Assembly: GCA_051859245.1 (NCBI GenBank)
Contig: JBHYGA010000005.1
Location: 904,422 to 968,421, forward strand
Reading direction: 5' to 3'
Source: Gemmatimonadaceae bacterium
GTDB lineage: Bacteria; Gemmatimonadota; Gemmatimonadetes; Gemmatimonadales; Gemmatimonadaceae
DNA: 64,000 bases
The position numbers and the translations under genes are program-made. The notes below the pieces were generated by a model. It worked only from the letters and a program-made list of their open reading frames with translations, had not been told where the DNA came from and ran no database searches. Every line of letters starts with the position of its first letter. Positions within the stretch are counted from its first letter, which is position 1. This document shows positions 20,539 through 28,230 of this stretch, one piece after another.

Positions 20539-23500
20539 ATGACCAACTCGAATAGCACCCCAAGCAGCCCACGAGGCAGCCCGCTCAAGCCGTGGCACCC
20601 CACGCAGATCGGGCGCTATCGCATTGTCAGCCTGCTTGGTGAAGGGGGCATGGGCTCCGTGTACGAAGCGGAGCAAGACCAGCCGCGCCGCATGGTGGCC
20701 CTGAAGGTGGTGCGCGAAGATTTTGTCACGCCCGAACTCCTGCGCCGCTTCGCGCTGGAGTCGCAGGTGCTTGGTCGACTGCAGCATCCGGGTATCGCGC
20801 AAATCTTTGACGCGGGCACGTTCGAAGAAGAACATGCAACGCTGCCGTACTTTGCGATGGAGCTGGTGAAGGGCCAGCCGCTCAACGAGCACGCCACCGA
20901 AAAATCACTCGATCTGCGGCAACGGCTGGAACTGTTCTCGCGCGTCTGCGACGCCGTGCAGTACGCGCATCAACAGGGCGTGATTCATCGCGACCTCAAG
21001 CCCGCCAATATTCTGGTGGACGACAACGGTCTGCCCAAAGTGCTCGACTTTGGTGTCGCGCGTCTCACGGATGCGGATGTGCAGGCCACGCGGCAAACGA
21101 GCGTGGGCGAAGTGATCGGTACGCTGCAGTACATGAGTCCTGAGCAGGCCAACGGGGACGCCGCAGCGGTTGATCGACGCACCGACGTGTACTCACTGGG
21201 CGTTATGCTCTATGAGTTGATGACCGGTCGGCTGCCGTACGATCTGTCGCGCAAGATGATCCATGAAGCAGCGCGCATCATTGTGCAGGAAGAACCAGAG
21301 CGACTGAGCTCGGTCAACCGGCAGTTACGCGGCGACGTGGAAGTGATCGTTGCGAAGGCGCTCGAGAAAGAGAAGGGCCGTCGCTACGAATCGGCGGATG
21401 CCATGGCGAGCGATGTACGTCGCTATCTGAACGACGAGCCCATCACGGCGCGACCCGCGAGCGCAATGTATCAGCTGCGCAAGTTTGCACGCCGGAACCG
21501 TGCGCTGGTCACCGGGCTTGGAGTGGCCGCCGCCGTGCTTGTTGTTGGCACGGTGGTCAGCGTGTATCAGGCCGTTCGCGCAACCGCGGCCGAACGCCTG
21601 GCGGAAACACGACTTGAAGAAGCCGTCAGTCTCCGCGCGCTTGCCGACCGCAGACGCGCCGAGGCAGATTCTGCACTCTTGGTGGTGGATTCTGCGCGAC
21701 AGATCGCTGACTCCGCGCGAATCGCCGCAGATTCCGCACGCCAGGCCGCGCTGGATGAACAGGCGTTGGCGATCGCGAGTGCACGGCGCGCCACGGATGA
21801 AGCGGCCAAGGCGACGGCGGTCAACACGTTCCTGCAGGACATGCTCGCGTCTTCGGATCCGTCGAATGCGCTCGGCAAGGATCTCAGCGTGCGTGAAGTG
21901 CTCGACCGCGCAGCGTCGCGCGTCAATACGGGCGATCTCTCGCGTCAGCCAGAGGTACGCGCTGGAATTGAAAATACGATCGGGCGCACGTACTACGCGC
22001 TTGGCCTGTACAACGAATCGCAGACGCACCTGGACTCAGCGTACGCGATTCGCCGTCGTGTGCTCGGGCCTGCGAACGCGACGCTTGGTAGCACGGCGGC
22101 GGACGTTGCGCTGGTGCAGCAGGCCAAGGGCGACTACGCGTCTGCTGACCGTACGATCACCGACGCCTTGGCCGTGATGCGGCGCACGCTGCCGGCCGAC
22201 GATGATCAGATCACGGCGGCGCTGTCCACGCTCGCCGATATTCGCTACAAACAGGCGAAGAACGTGGAGGCCGAGCAGCTGTACCGTGAGGCGCTGCGTC
22301 TCGCGCGACTGCGTTACGGGAACACGGGACCGGTTGTGGCAACGCGCCTTTCCGCGCTGGGCAACTTCCTCACGTACACGGAGCGTCTCGCAGAAGGCGA
22401 AAGGGTGCTTCGTGAAGCGCTCTCCATGCGACAGGCCCTGCTTGGCGCCACGCATCCTGACGTATTGCCCGTGATGGTGTCGCTGGCAGACGCGTTGCGG
22501 AACCAGCGTCGTTTTCCGCAGTCTGAAGCCATGATGCGCGACGCGTTGCCAATCGCGCGGGCGCTCTACGGTAACTCGCATCCCACCACGGCCAACGTGG
22601 AAAGTCGCTTGGGCACTGCGCTCGCGGACCAGGGCAAGAACGAGCAGGCCGAGCCGTTATTGCGCAGCGCGCTCAACACGCGAATACAGCGTCTGGGAGA
22701 ACGCCATCCCGATGTGCAGCTCTCGCGCACCGAGATTGCGCGCTTGGTGCAGTTCATGGGGCGATTCGACGAAGCAGATACGCTATTCACCGCGGCGTTG
22801 CGTGCGCGCCGAGCGGAGCTTGGCGCAAACAGCCCCGCGGTGGCGTCGTCACTCAACGATCTCGGCTATCTCTCGAAGTTGCAGTCGCGTTGGGTCGACG
22901 CGGAGCAACGCTATCGCGAGGCGCTGCCAATCTGGAAGGCGGCTGACATTTTCGACATGGCCAATGACGCGCAGGCGGAGATCGGCTGGGCGCTACTCAA
23001 GCAAGAGCGGCTCGACGAGGCCGAGTCAATCTTGAACGAGGTGTTGACGCAACGTCGCGCGCGCTATGGTGACAAGAGTTTTCAGGTCGGCGACGCGTAT
23101 GAAAAACTGGCGCCGATATTTCTGGCGAGAAAGGATTTCGCGAAGGTTGAGTCGCTCACGCTGTCCGGTCTTGAGATTCGACGCGCCGTCTACGGGCCAC
23201 GTTCGTTCCAGGTGGCTGGTCCGCTACAGAACGTCGCGTTTCTTCGCGAGGCACAGAACGATACGGCCGGCGCGGTGAGTGCGCTGCGTGAATCGCTTGA
23301 TATTTTCTCGAGTCTTCGCCCCGCGACTGATCTGAACGTCGTTTCGGTGCAACGCTGGCTGTCGACGGACTTGTGCACCGTTGGTGCCGCGGCTGAGGGC
23401 GATTCGCTCGCGCAGGTGGCCTTGTCACACGTTGCCAAAGATGCGGCGTCGAACGTGCCATTCCGATTGCAGGGCGTGCGCGGCTACTGCCTGACCAAAC

Positions 23501-23670
23501 AACGCAAGTTCGTGGAGGCAGAACCACTCTTGCTGGCGGCTGAGCGAGGGTTACGGGAGCTGCCGACCGCGTTGCCACCCATGCGCGCCGAGGTCGCGCG
23601 ATGGCTGGCAACGCTGTACGACATGTGGGGGAAGCCTGACGAAGCAGCGCGCTGGCGAACGCCGCGCTAG
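20539..23670 (+). CDS. Hanks-type Ser/Thr protein kinase with a TM helix, coiled coil and many TPR repeats
   Basis: LGEGGMGSVY, VALK, HRDLKPAN, DFG, YMSPEQ and DVYSLG motifs; TM segment ALVTGLGVAAAVLVVGTVVSVY; TPR-like repeats (AE.L.REAL...LG..HP). Confidence 0.95.
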   Translation: MTNSNSTPSSPRGSPLKPWHPTQIGRYRIVSLLGEGGMGSVYEAEQDQPRRMVALKVVREDFVTPELLRRFALESQVLGRLQHPGIAQIFDAGTFEEEHATLPYFAMELVKGQPLNEHATEKSLDLRQRLELFSRVCDAVQYAHQQGVIHRDLKPANILVDDNGLPKVLDFGVARLTDADVQATRQTSVGEVIGTLQYMSPEQANGDAAAVDRRTDVYSLGVMLYELMTGRLPYDLSRKMIHEAARIIVQEEPERLSSVNRQLRGDVEVIVAKALEKEKGRRYESADAMASDVRRYLNDEPITARPASAMYQLRKFARRNRALVTGLGVAAAVLVVGTVVSVYQAVRATAAERLAETRLEEAVSLRALADRRRAEADSALLVVDSARQIADSARIAADSARQAALDEQALAIASARRATDEAAKATAVNTFLQDMLASSDPSNALGKDLSVREVLDRAASRVNTGDLSRQPEVRAGIENTIGRTYYALGLYNESQTHLDSAYAIRRRVLGPANATLGSTAADVALVQQAKGDYASADRTITDALAVMRRTLPADDDQITAALSTLADIRYKQAKNVEAEQLYREALRLARLRYGNTGPVVATRLSALGNFLTYTERLAEGERVLREALSMRQALLGATHPDVLPVMVSLADALRNQRRFPQSEAMMRDALPIARALYGNSHPTTANVESRLGTALADQGKNEQAEPLLRSALNTRIQRLGERHPDVQLSRTEIARLVQFMGRFDEADTLFTAALRARRAELGANSPAVASSLNDLGYLSKLQSRWVDAEQRYREALPIWKAADIFDMANDAQAEIGWALLKQERLDEAESILNEVLTQRRARYGDKSFQVGDAYEKLAPIFLARKDFAKVESLTLSGLEIRRAVYGPRSFQVAGPLQNVAFLREAQNDTAGAVSALRESLDIFSSLRPATDLNVVSVQRWLSTDLCTVGAAAEGDSLAQVALSHVAKDAASNVPFRLQGVRGYCLTKQRKFVEAEPLLLAAERGLRELPTALPPMRAEVARWLATLYDMWGKPDEAARWRTPR

Positions 23671-23710
23671 TTACGCGCGAGCGAACGCCACGCTAGTCAC
23701 GCGCGAGCGA
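23655..23710. repeat. 26-bp tandem duplication spanning the kinase stop codon
   Basis: GCGAACGCCGCGCTAGTTACGCGCGA (23655-23680) then GCGAACGCCACGCTAGTCACGCGCGA (23681-23706), 2 mismatches, plus a partial GCGA. Confidence 0.85.
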
Positions 23711-23714
23711 TGCG

Positions 23715-23873
23715 TCAGAGCGTGCGGATCGGTGTGTTGTCAAATCGATCAACGCGTTCTGGCGTGTAGACGGGATCGCGGTGCGATCGGATGTCGCCGC
23801 CACGATTCGACATCCACATCGCCGCGAGCAGCACGGTACCGACGAGCGAAACTCCAGCGCCAATGAGAATCAT
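23715..23873 (-). CDS. small membrane protein (52 aa)
   Basis: AGGAG RBS 6 nt before the ATG; one hydrophobic helix, MILIGAGVSLVGTVLLAAMW. Confidence 0.55.
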   Translation of the reverse strand: MILIGAGVSLVGTVLLAAMWMSNRGGDIRSHRDPVYTPERVDRFDNTPIRTL

Positions 23874-24109
23874 GAAGATCTCCTGTCGTGAGTGTCCCTC
23901 ACGCAATCGTCGACCACGGTGTCAACCTGTTGCGGTCAGGACCAGACCTCGTTCGAGTGTATCGCGCGGCGCGGTCCGTTTTGTATTGTCCGAAACGCAT
24001 ACGTCCGGCGAGGGAAACCTTGACCTCTCCACAGGGCGCCGGTCACCGTATTCCTTTCGAGTCAAACGCGGAAGGAAACTCCGAGGTTACTCCCTGCGTA
24101 CTCGCTGAC

Positions 24110-24577
24110 ATGGCTACACCCACGGACCCCCTCGACGCCAACGTTTCCCACCGCGAATCCGACGCGTCGTGGGTTAACGCACCATTACCGTCCGCACACG
24201 CGCTTGCCACTCATCGTGATGCGACGTTGCCCGCATCGCGCAACGCCGACTGGCGGGCGGATCTCCCGGCTGCGCGCGCGTTCGTCTCCGGCACAATCGG
24301 CGTGGGCGCATTCGCATCTGGCCTGCTTGAGTACATGGGCGGACAAATCGTGCGGCGCGCGGCGGCGAACAACGAAGTCTTCCCACTCAGCGAGTGGGCC
24401 ATTGGTTTGGTGCGGAATTTTGCCGGCGCCGTTGGTGTTGGACTCGCGGTCGCGCTACTCGCACTCGTTCTCACACGATTCAAGAAGCGCCCGCCACGTG
24501 TGGCCTCGGCCGGCTTCGCGTTTGGCGTAGGCGGGTTTCTCATGTTCCTGTTCTTTCTGGTTTCGATGGCACCCTAG
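24110..24577 (+). CDS. hypothetical membrane protein
   Basis: Three hydrophobic segments in the C-terminal half; fills the intergenic space. Start is uncertain. Confidence 0.55.
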   Translation: MATPTDPLDANVSHRESDASWVNAPLPSAHALATHRDATLPASRNADWRADLPAARAFVSGTIGVGAFASGLLEYMGGQIVRRAAANNEVFPLSEWAIGLVRNFAGAVGVGLAVALLALVLTRFKKRPPRVASAGFAFGVGGFLMFLFFLVSMAP

Positions 24578-24622
24578 CGCCACCGCGCCGCATCGCCGCA
24601 TCGCCATTGCGTAAATGGCCGA

Positions 24623-25174
24623 TCACAACGCGTCCATGTCACTCCCGCCACCGAGAAACGTTGGCCGCGCAAGTCCGTCGGTATCGTCGTAGAAGCGCAC
24701 ACTCTCAGGCGTGAGCCACTTGGCAATCAGAATGAGTTGCCCAGTATGGCCCGAAAAATGTTCAACCACATGATAGACGGCGGCAAACACGGTCGTCTCA
24801 CGCCCTTGTATGCGGCGTGATGCAATGAGTGCATCGTGGTCCAGCGACTCCAGTACGCGCACCGCATCGGCGCAGGCCGTATCGAGTTGGTCGAGTAACT
24901 GCGCACGAGTCAGTCCGCCGGCGTCGTTCGCCGAAAACTCGGCGTCACGATGTCGAACGTCGCTCGCGCCGCCAACACCGCTTACGATCCACTGGCGCAC
25001 ATTACCGGCCAGGTGCAGCAACAAATTGCCCGCACTGTTTGCGCTGTCGTTAGGGCGCCACCAGATGCGCTCCTCCGGAATGGTGAGCACAGCGGCGCGA
25101 ATCTTGGCGGGGTATTCCACGCCGAGGTAGTAACGGGAGCGACTGACAAATGACGACGCGAGATCGTTTGGCAT
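24623..25174 (-). CDS. DinB/YfiT-like (DUF1572-type) metal-binding protein
   Basis: WWRPN, NSAGNLLLHLAGN, RHRDAEF and HVVEHFSGHTGQ (His triad) motifs. Confidence 0.85.
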   Translation of the reverse strand: MPNDLASSFVSRSRYYLGVEYPAKIRAAVLTIPEERIWWRPNDSANSAGNLLLHLAGNVRQWIVSGVGGASDVRHRDAEFSANDAGGLTRAQLLDQLDTACADAVRVLESLDHDALIASRRIQGRETTVFAAVYHVVEHFSGHTGQLILIAKWLTPESVRFYDDTDGLARPTFLGGGSDMDAL

Positions 25175-25309
25175 GTGTACCTGCGGGGTGAGTGTCGATC
25201 GGCTGTGGAGCGTGAGGCGCACGTCTGCGTTGAATTATATTCCGGTATACCCGGGCGGGAGGTACGCTCTGCCGGCTCGCGCTTCCACATCGAATTTGAT
25301 CCGTTACCT

Positions 25310-25981
25310 GTGACTGCTTCGGTCCGCGCTGTTGTGTTTGACATGGACGGTTTGTTGCTCGACACCGAACGCCTCTCCCGCAAAGCCTGGTTTTCGGGCG
25401 GAGCAGATCTTGGCGTGGAGCTTCCAATGGAAGCGCTGAACGGCATCATCGGCCGCCGACGTCCGGAAGTGGAGGCCGAGTTCCGGCGCGTGCTCGGCCC
25501 GGACTTTCCTGTGGACGCGCTGTATGCGCGACACGCCGAACACTACTACGCATCTCTTGCCGCGACATCGGCGGATCAGCTGCGCAAGCCGGGCGTACTC
25601 GCGTTACTCGACTGGCTTGATGAACGCCACGTACCATACGCGATTGCAACGTCCACGCTCGCCAAGGGTGCGGCCTCAAAGCTCGTGCTGGCGGAACTGG
25701 CGGAGCGGTTCCCGATCGTGGTGAGTGGCGATCAGGTGGCACGATCAAAACCCGCCCCCGACATTTTTCTTGAAGCTGCCGCACGACTCGACGTAGCGGC
25801 GCAGCACTGCGTGGCCTTTGAAGACAGCGACCTCGGTCTTGAAGCGGCGCTCGCTGCGGGTATGCGTGCCATCTCCGTGCCAGACTTGAAGCCGCTGCCC
25901 ACACATGTCACCGATCGCGCCGCGGCCGTGCTGACATCACTTGATGAGGCGATTCCATTGTTGACCCGTTGGATGTCATGA
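25310..25981 (-). other. no feature on the minus strand here; see the plus-strand HAD phosphatase at the same coordinates
   Basis: The antisense ORFs (25304-25543, 25446-25904) have no recognisable motifs. Confidence 0.05.
25310..25981 (+). CDS. HAD family phosphatase (beta-PGM/YcjU-like)
   Basis: FDMDGLLLDTE, IATS, SKPAPDIF and FEDS motifs. Confidence 0.92.
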   Translation: MTASVRAVVFDMDGLLLDTERLSRKAWFSGGADLGVELPMEALNGIIGRRRPEVEAEFRRVLGPDFPVDALYARHAEHYYASLAATSADQLRKPGVLALLDWLDERHVPYAIATSTLAKGAASKLVLAELAERFPIVVSGDQVARSKPAPDIFLEAAARLDVAAQHCVAFEDSDLGLEAALAAGMRAISVPDLKPLPTHVTDRAAAVLTSLDEAIPLLTRWMS

Positions 25982-26454
25982 ATACCGTCACGAACATGTT
26001 CCCCTATGGTTGGACGCACTACCTGATCGGTGGATTGTGCATCGGGCTGGGTGTGTCGCTGCTCTTTGCGCTCACCGGTCTGATTGGTGGCATGAGCTCC
26101 GTGTACACCACCACGTGGAGCTATGTCACGCGGCACGCTTTTTTTCAGCAAATCAAACTGGTGTCGACGCGCGAGTGGCGACTCGCCTACGCTGGTGGAT
26201 TGATCGTGGGCGCCGCGGCGTGGTGGGTGTTCTTTGGCAGTGGTGAACGCGTGAATGTACCGCTGCATCCGGTGCAGCTCTTCGCCGGTGGGCTGCTGGT
26301 GGGTTACGGTGCGCGTCGTTCGCGCGGATGTACGTCAGGCCACGGTATTTGCGGACTTGCGTCGCTGCAGAAACCTTCGCTGGCGGCGGTGCTCACATTC
26401 ATGACCACCGCGTTTGTGGCGGCGAACGTTGTTGCGCGAATCGGGGGACGGTGA
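25978..26454 (+). CDS. YeeE/YedE family (sulfur compound transporter-like) membrane protein
   Basis: GGLCIG, GLLVGYG and GCTSGHGICG motifs; ATGA overlap with the HAD gene stop. Confidence 0.88.
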   Translation: MNTVTNMFPYGWTHYLIGGLCIGLGVSLLFALTGLIGGMSSVYTTTWSYVTRHAFFQQIKLVSTREWRLAYAGGLIVGAAAWWVFFGSGERVNVPLHPVQLFAGGLLVGYGARRSRGCTSGHGICGLASLQKPSLAAVLTFMTTAFVAANVVARIGGR

Positions 26455-26457
26455 ACA

Positions 26458-26943
26458 ATGACACCAACATCGAACCTGCTCGGCGATTTGAGTGGAGATA
26501 CCACGACGATTCCCGTTCCGCACGTTCGCTCCGGAAAACAGTTGCTTTCCGCGCTCAGTGCGGGCGTGTTGTTCGGGTTTGGGCTGGCACTTTCCACAAT
26601 GATTCAGCCTGGCGTCGTGCTGGCATTCTTGCGCGGCCAGGATCTTGGACTGATGCTCGTGCTTGGCGGTGCGGTCTTCGTCACGTTTCTTGGCTACCGA
26701 ATCATCCCTCGCCTGTTCAGCAGGCCGATTATCGGTGGCACCTTCTCACGTCACACAGCGGTAATGGATCGCGATACAATCGGTGGCGCTGCGATTTTTG
26801 GCATTGGTTGGGGTATCAGCGGCGTGTGCCCGGGCCCGGCGATTGCCGGACTCGGGGCTGGTTCATGGGAGCTCGGTTATGCGATCGCAGGCATCGCATT
26901 GGGCGCACTCGTGCAGGGGCTCACAGCGCGGCTTAGCGCTTAG
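26458..26943 (+). CDS. YeeE/YedE family membrane protein (second half-transporter)
   Basis: GVLFGFGL, MIQP..VLAFL and FGIGWGISGVCPGP motifs. Confidence 0.88.
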   Translation: MTPTSNLLGDLSGDTTTIPVPHVRSGKQLLSALSAGVLFGFGLALSTMIQPGVVLAFLRGQDLGLMLVLGGAVFVTFLGYRIIPRLFSRPIIGGTFSRHTAVMDRDTIGGAAIFGIGWGISGVCPGPAIAGLGAGSWELGYAIAGIALGALVQGLTARLSA

Positions 26944-26961
26944 CGCCTCGCGCCTCTCGCT

Positions 26962-27021
26962 TCGCGCCTATCCTCGCGCCTATCCTCGCGCCTATCCTCG
27001 CGCCTCGCCTCGCGCCTCGCC
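26962..27021. repeat. 12-bp tandem repeat (VNTR-like), 5 units
   Basis: TCGCGCCTATCC x3 (26962-26997) then TCGCGCCTCGCC x2 (26998-27021), between convergent genes. Confidence 0.88.
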
Positions 27022-27063
27022 CGCAGCGCCCAACGCGTTGTCTGTCCGTGGCGGTGTGACGCA

Positions 27064-27477
27064 TCACGCGGCCACCGCGTTGGCGCCCTGCATGGCGTTC
27101 GCCAGCGCACTATACGACAGCGTCCACGCGTCGCGCGCGGCGGGCGTAAATGCCGGGCCGAGTCCATGTTCGAGCGTCCAGAGTAACGCTTGCGCCACCG
27201 TTGTGTAGTGCTCCGACCGTACGCCGTAGCCGTTGTGCCGCTTGCCAAGCGCTTGCACCGCCGGAATGAGCACATCGGGCATCTCAAGCTGCGCCACGGC
27301 CACATCGAGCATCTGCATGAGCTTCGCGCCTTGCGTGTCCATATCGCTGTGTGCAAACAGCGCTCGCAGAGATGGATCAAGTTCGAAAAGGCGCTGATAG
27401 AACAGCGCGGGTGATGAGTCCCCACGACCGACATACGAAACTTGCCTGCAACCTCGGACATGCTTCCTGAATCTCAC
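27064..27477 (-). CDS. single-domain globin (flavohemoglobin-like globin domain) with an aberrant N-terminus; possibly a pseudogene
   Basis: LFYQRLFELDP (B10 Tyr), Q..KLMQML, LGKRH (proximal His), YGV..EHY and ALLWTLE motifs. The A helix is not recognisable in frame, so the start is uncertain. Confidence 0.75.
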   Translation of the reverse strand: MRFRKHVRGCRQVSYVGRGDSSPALFYQRLFELDPSLRALFAHSDMDTQGAKLMQMLDVAVAQLEMPDVLIPAVQALGKRHNGYGVRSEHYTTVAQALLWTLEHGLGPAFTPAARDAWTLSYSALANAMQGANAVAA

Positions 27478-27532
27478 GCTGTGGCTGCGTTTGTCGCGAT
27501 CGGGCGCAGGACCAATCGCACGACCAGATGCA

Positions 27533-28054
27533 CTACTCGCCTGCCAGCTCTCGCGAAAGAAAGAGACGCGCCTTGAGCCAGTCGCGCCCCACCGTGCGCG
27601 TGGAGACCTGCAGGAGGTCGGCAATCTCCTCGTCGCTGAGGCCGGCAAAAAACCGCAGCTCTACCACTCGACACAGACGCTCGTTGAGCGCACGCAAACG
27701 ATCGAGCGCTTCGTCGAGCACCAGCAGATCGTCAACCTGAACGGCAAACGCGGCGTCCGCGCCCGTCAGCGTGATCGGCGCTACGCCGCCGCCGCGCTTG
27801 GCGGCCTGTCTGCTACGCGCGTAGTCCACCAGCACCTGGCGCATCGCGCGCGCAACGCTGCCAAAGAAGTGCGCACGATTCTCCCACTGCGAACGCTCGC
27901 CCCCGAACTTGAGATAGGCGTCGTGCAGGAGATCCGTGGTACTCAACGTGGCGGCGCTGGATCGCGTGCGCAGGTAGTTACGAGCGAGCCGCTTCAGCTC
28001 CCCGTACACTGGGTCGTCCAGCGAGTCCGGCGCGGGGGCTGCGCTCTCACTCAT
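27533..28054 (-). CDS. ECF sigma factor of the kinase-associated type (TIGR02999-like)
   Basis: VYGELKRLAR, TLSTTDLLHDAYLK, WENRAHFF, MRQVLVDYAR..AAKRGGG, VELRFFAGL and RDW.KAR motifs. Confidence 0.9.
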   Translation of the reverse strand: MSESAAPAPDSLDDPVYGELKRLARNYLRTRSSAATLSTTDLLHDAYLKFGGERSQWENRAHFFGSVARAMRQVLVDYARSRQAAKRGGGVAPITLTGADAAFAVQVDDLLVLDEALDRLRALNERLCRVVELRFFAGLSDEEIADLLQVSTRTVGRDWLKARLFLSRELAGE

Positions 28055-28230
28055 GCACGAGGGTGGGCTGAGGGGAACTCAGGGCCGTGGGGCGCATCCG
28101 CATAGTATGTGGCCAAGGACCATGCTTCGCCAACGGGGTCGGTACGCGCGCGTCTCGATAGTTGAACTCCGAACCGTTTTGATCGATACTCTACGCTCTG
28201 CGTCTCACATCCCACGCGCTGGAGCACCGA

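Noticed and set aside
23910..24070. Possible riboswitch in the intergenic region, and likewise upstream of the amino acid permease (35250-35420)
   Set aside because: I could not recognise any known aptamer consensus by eye; an Rfam/Infernal scan would be needed.
26944..27021. Repeats considered as a CRISPR array (also 23655-23710)
   Set aside because: The units are directly tandem with no unique spacers, and there are no cas genes in the window.
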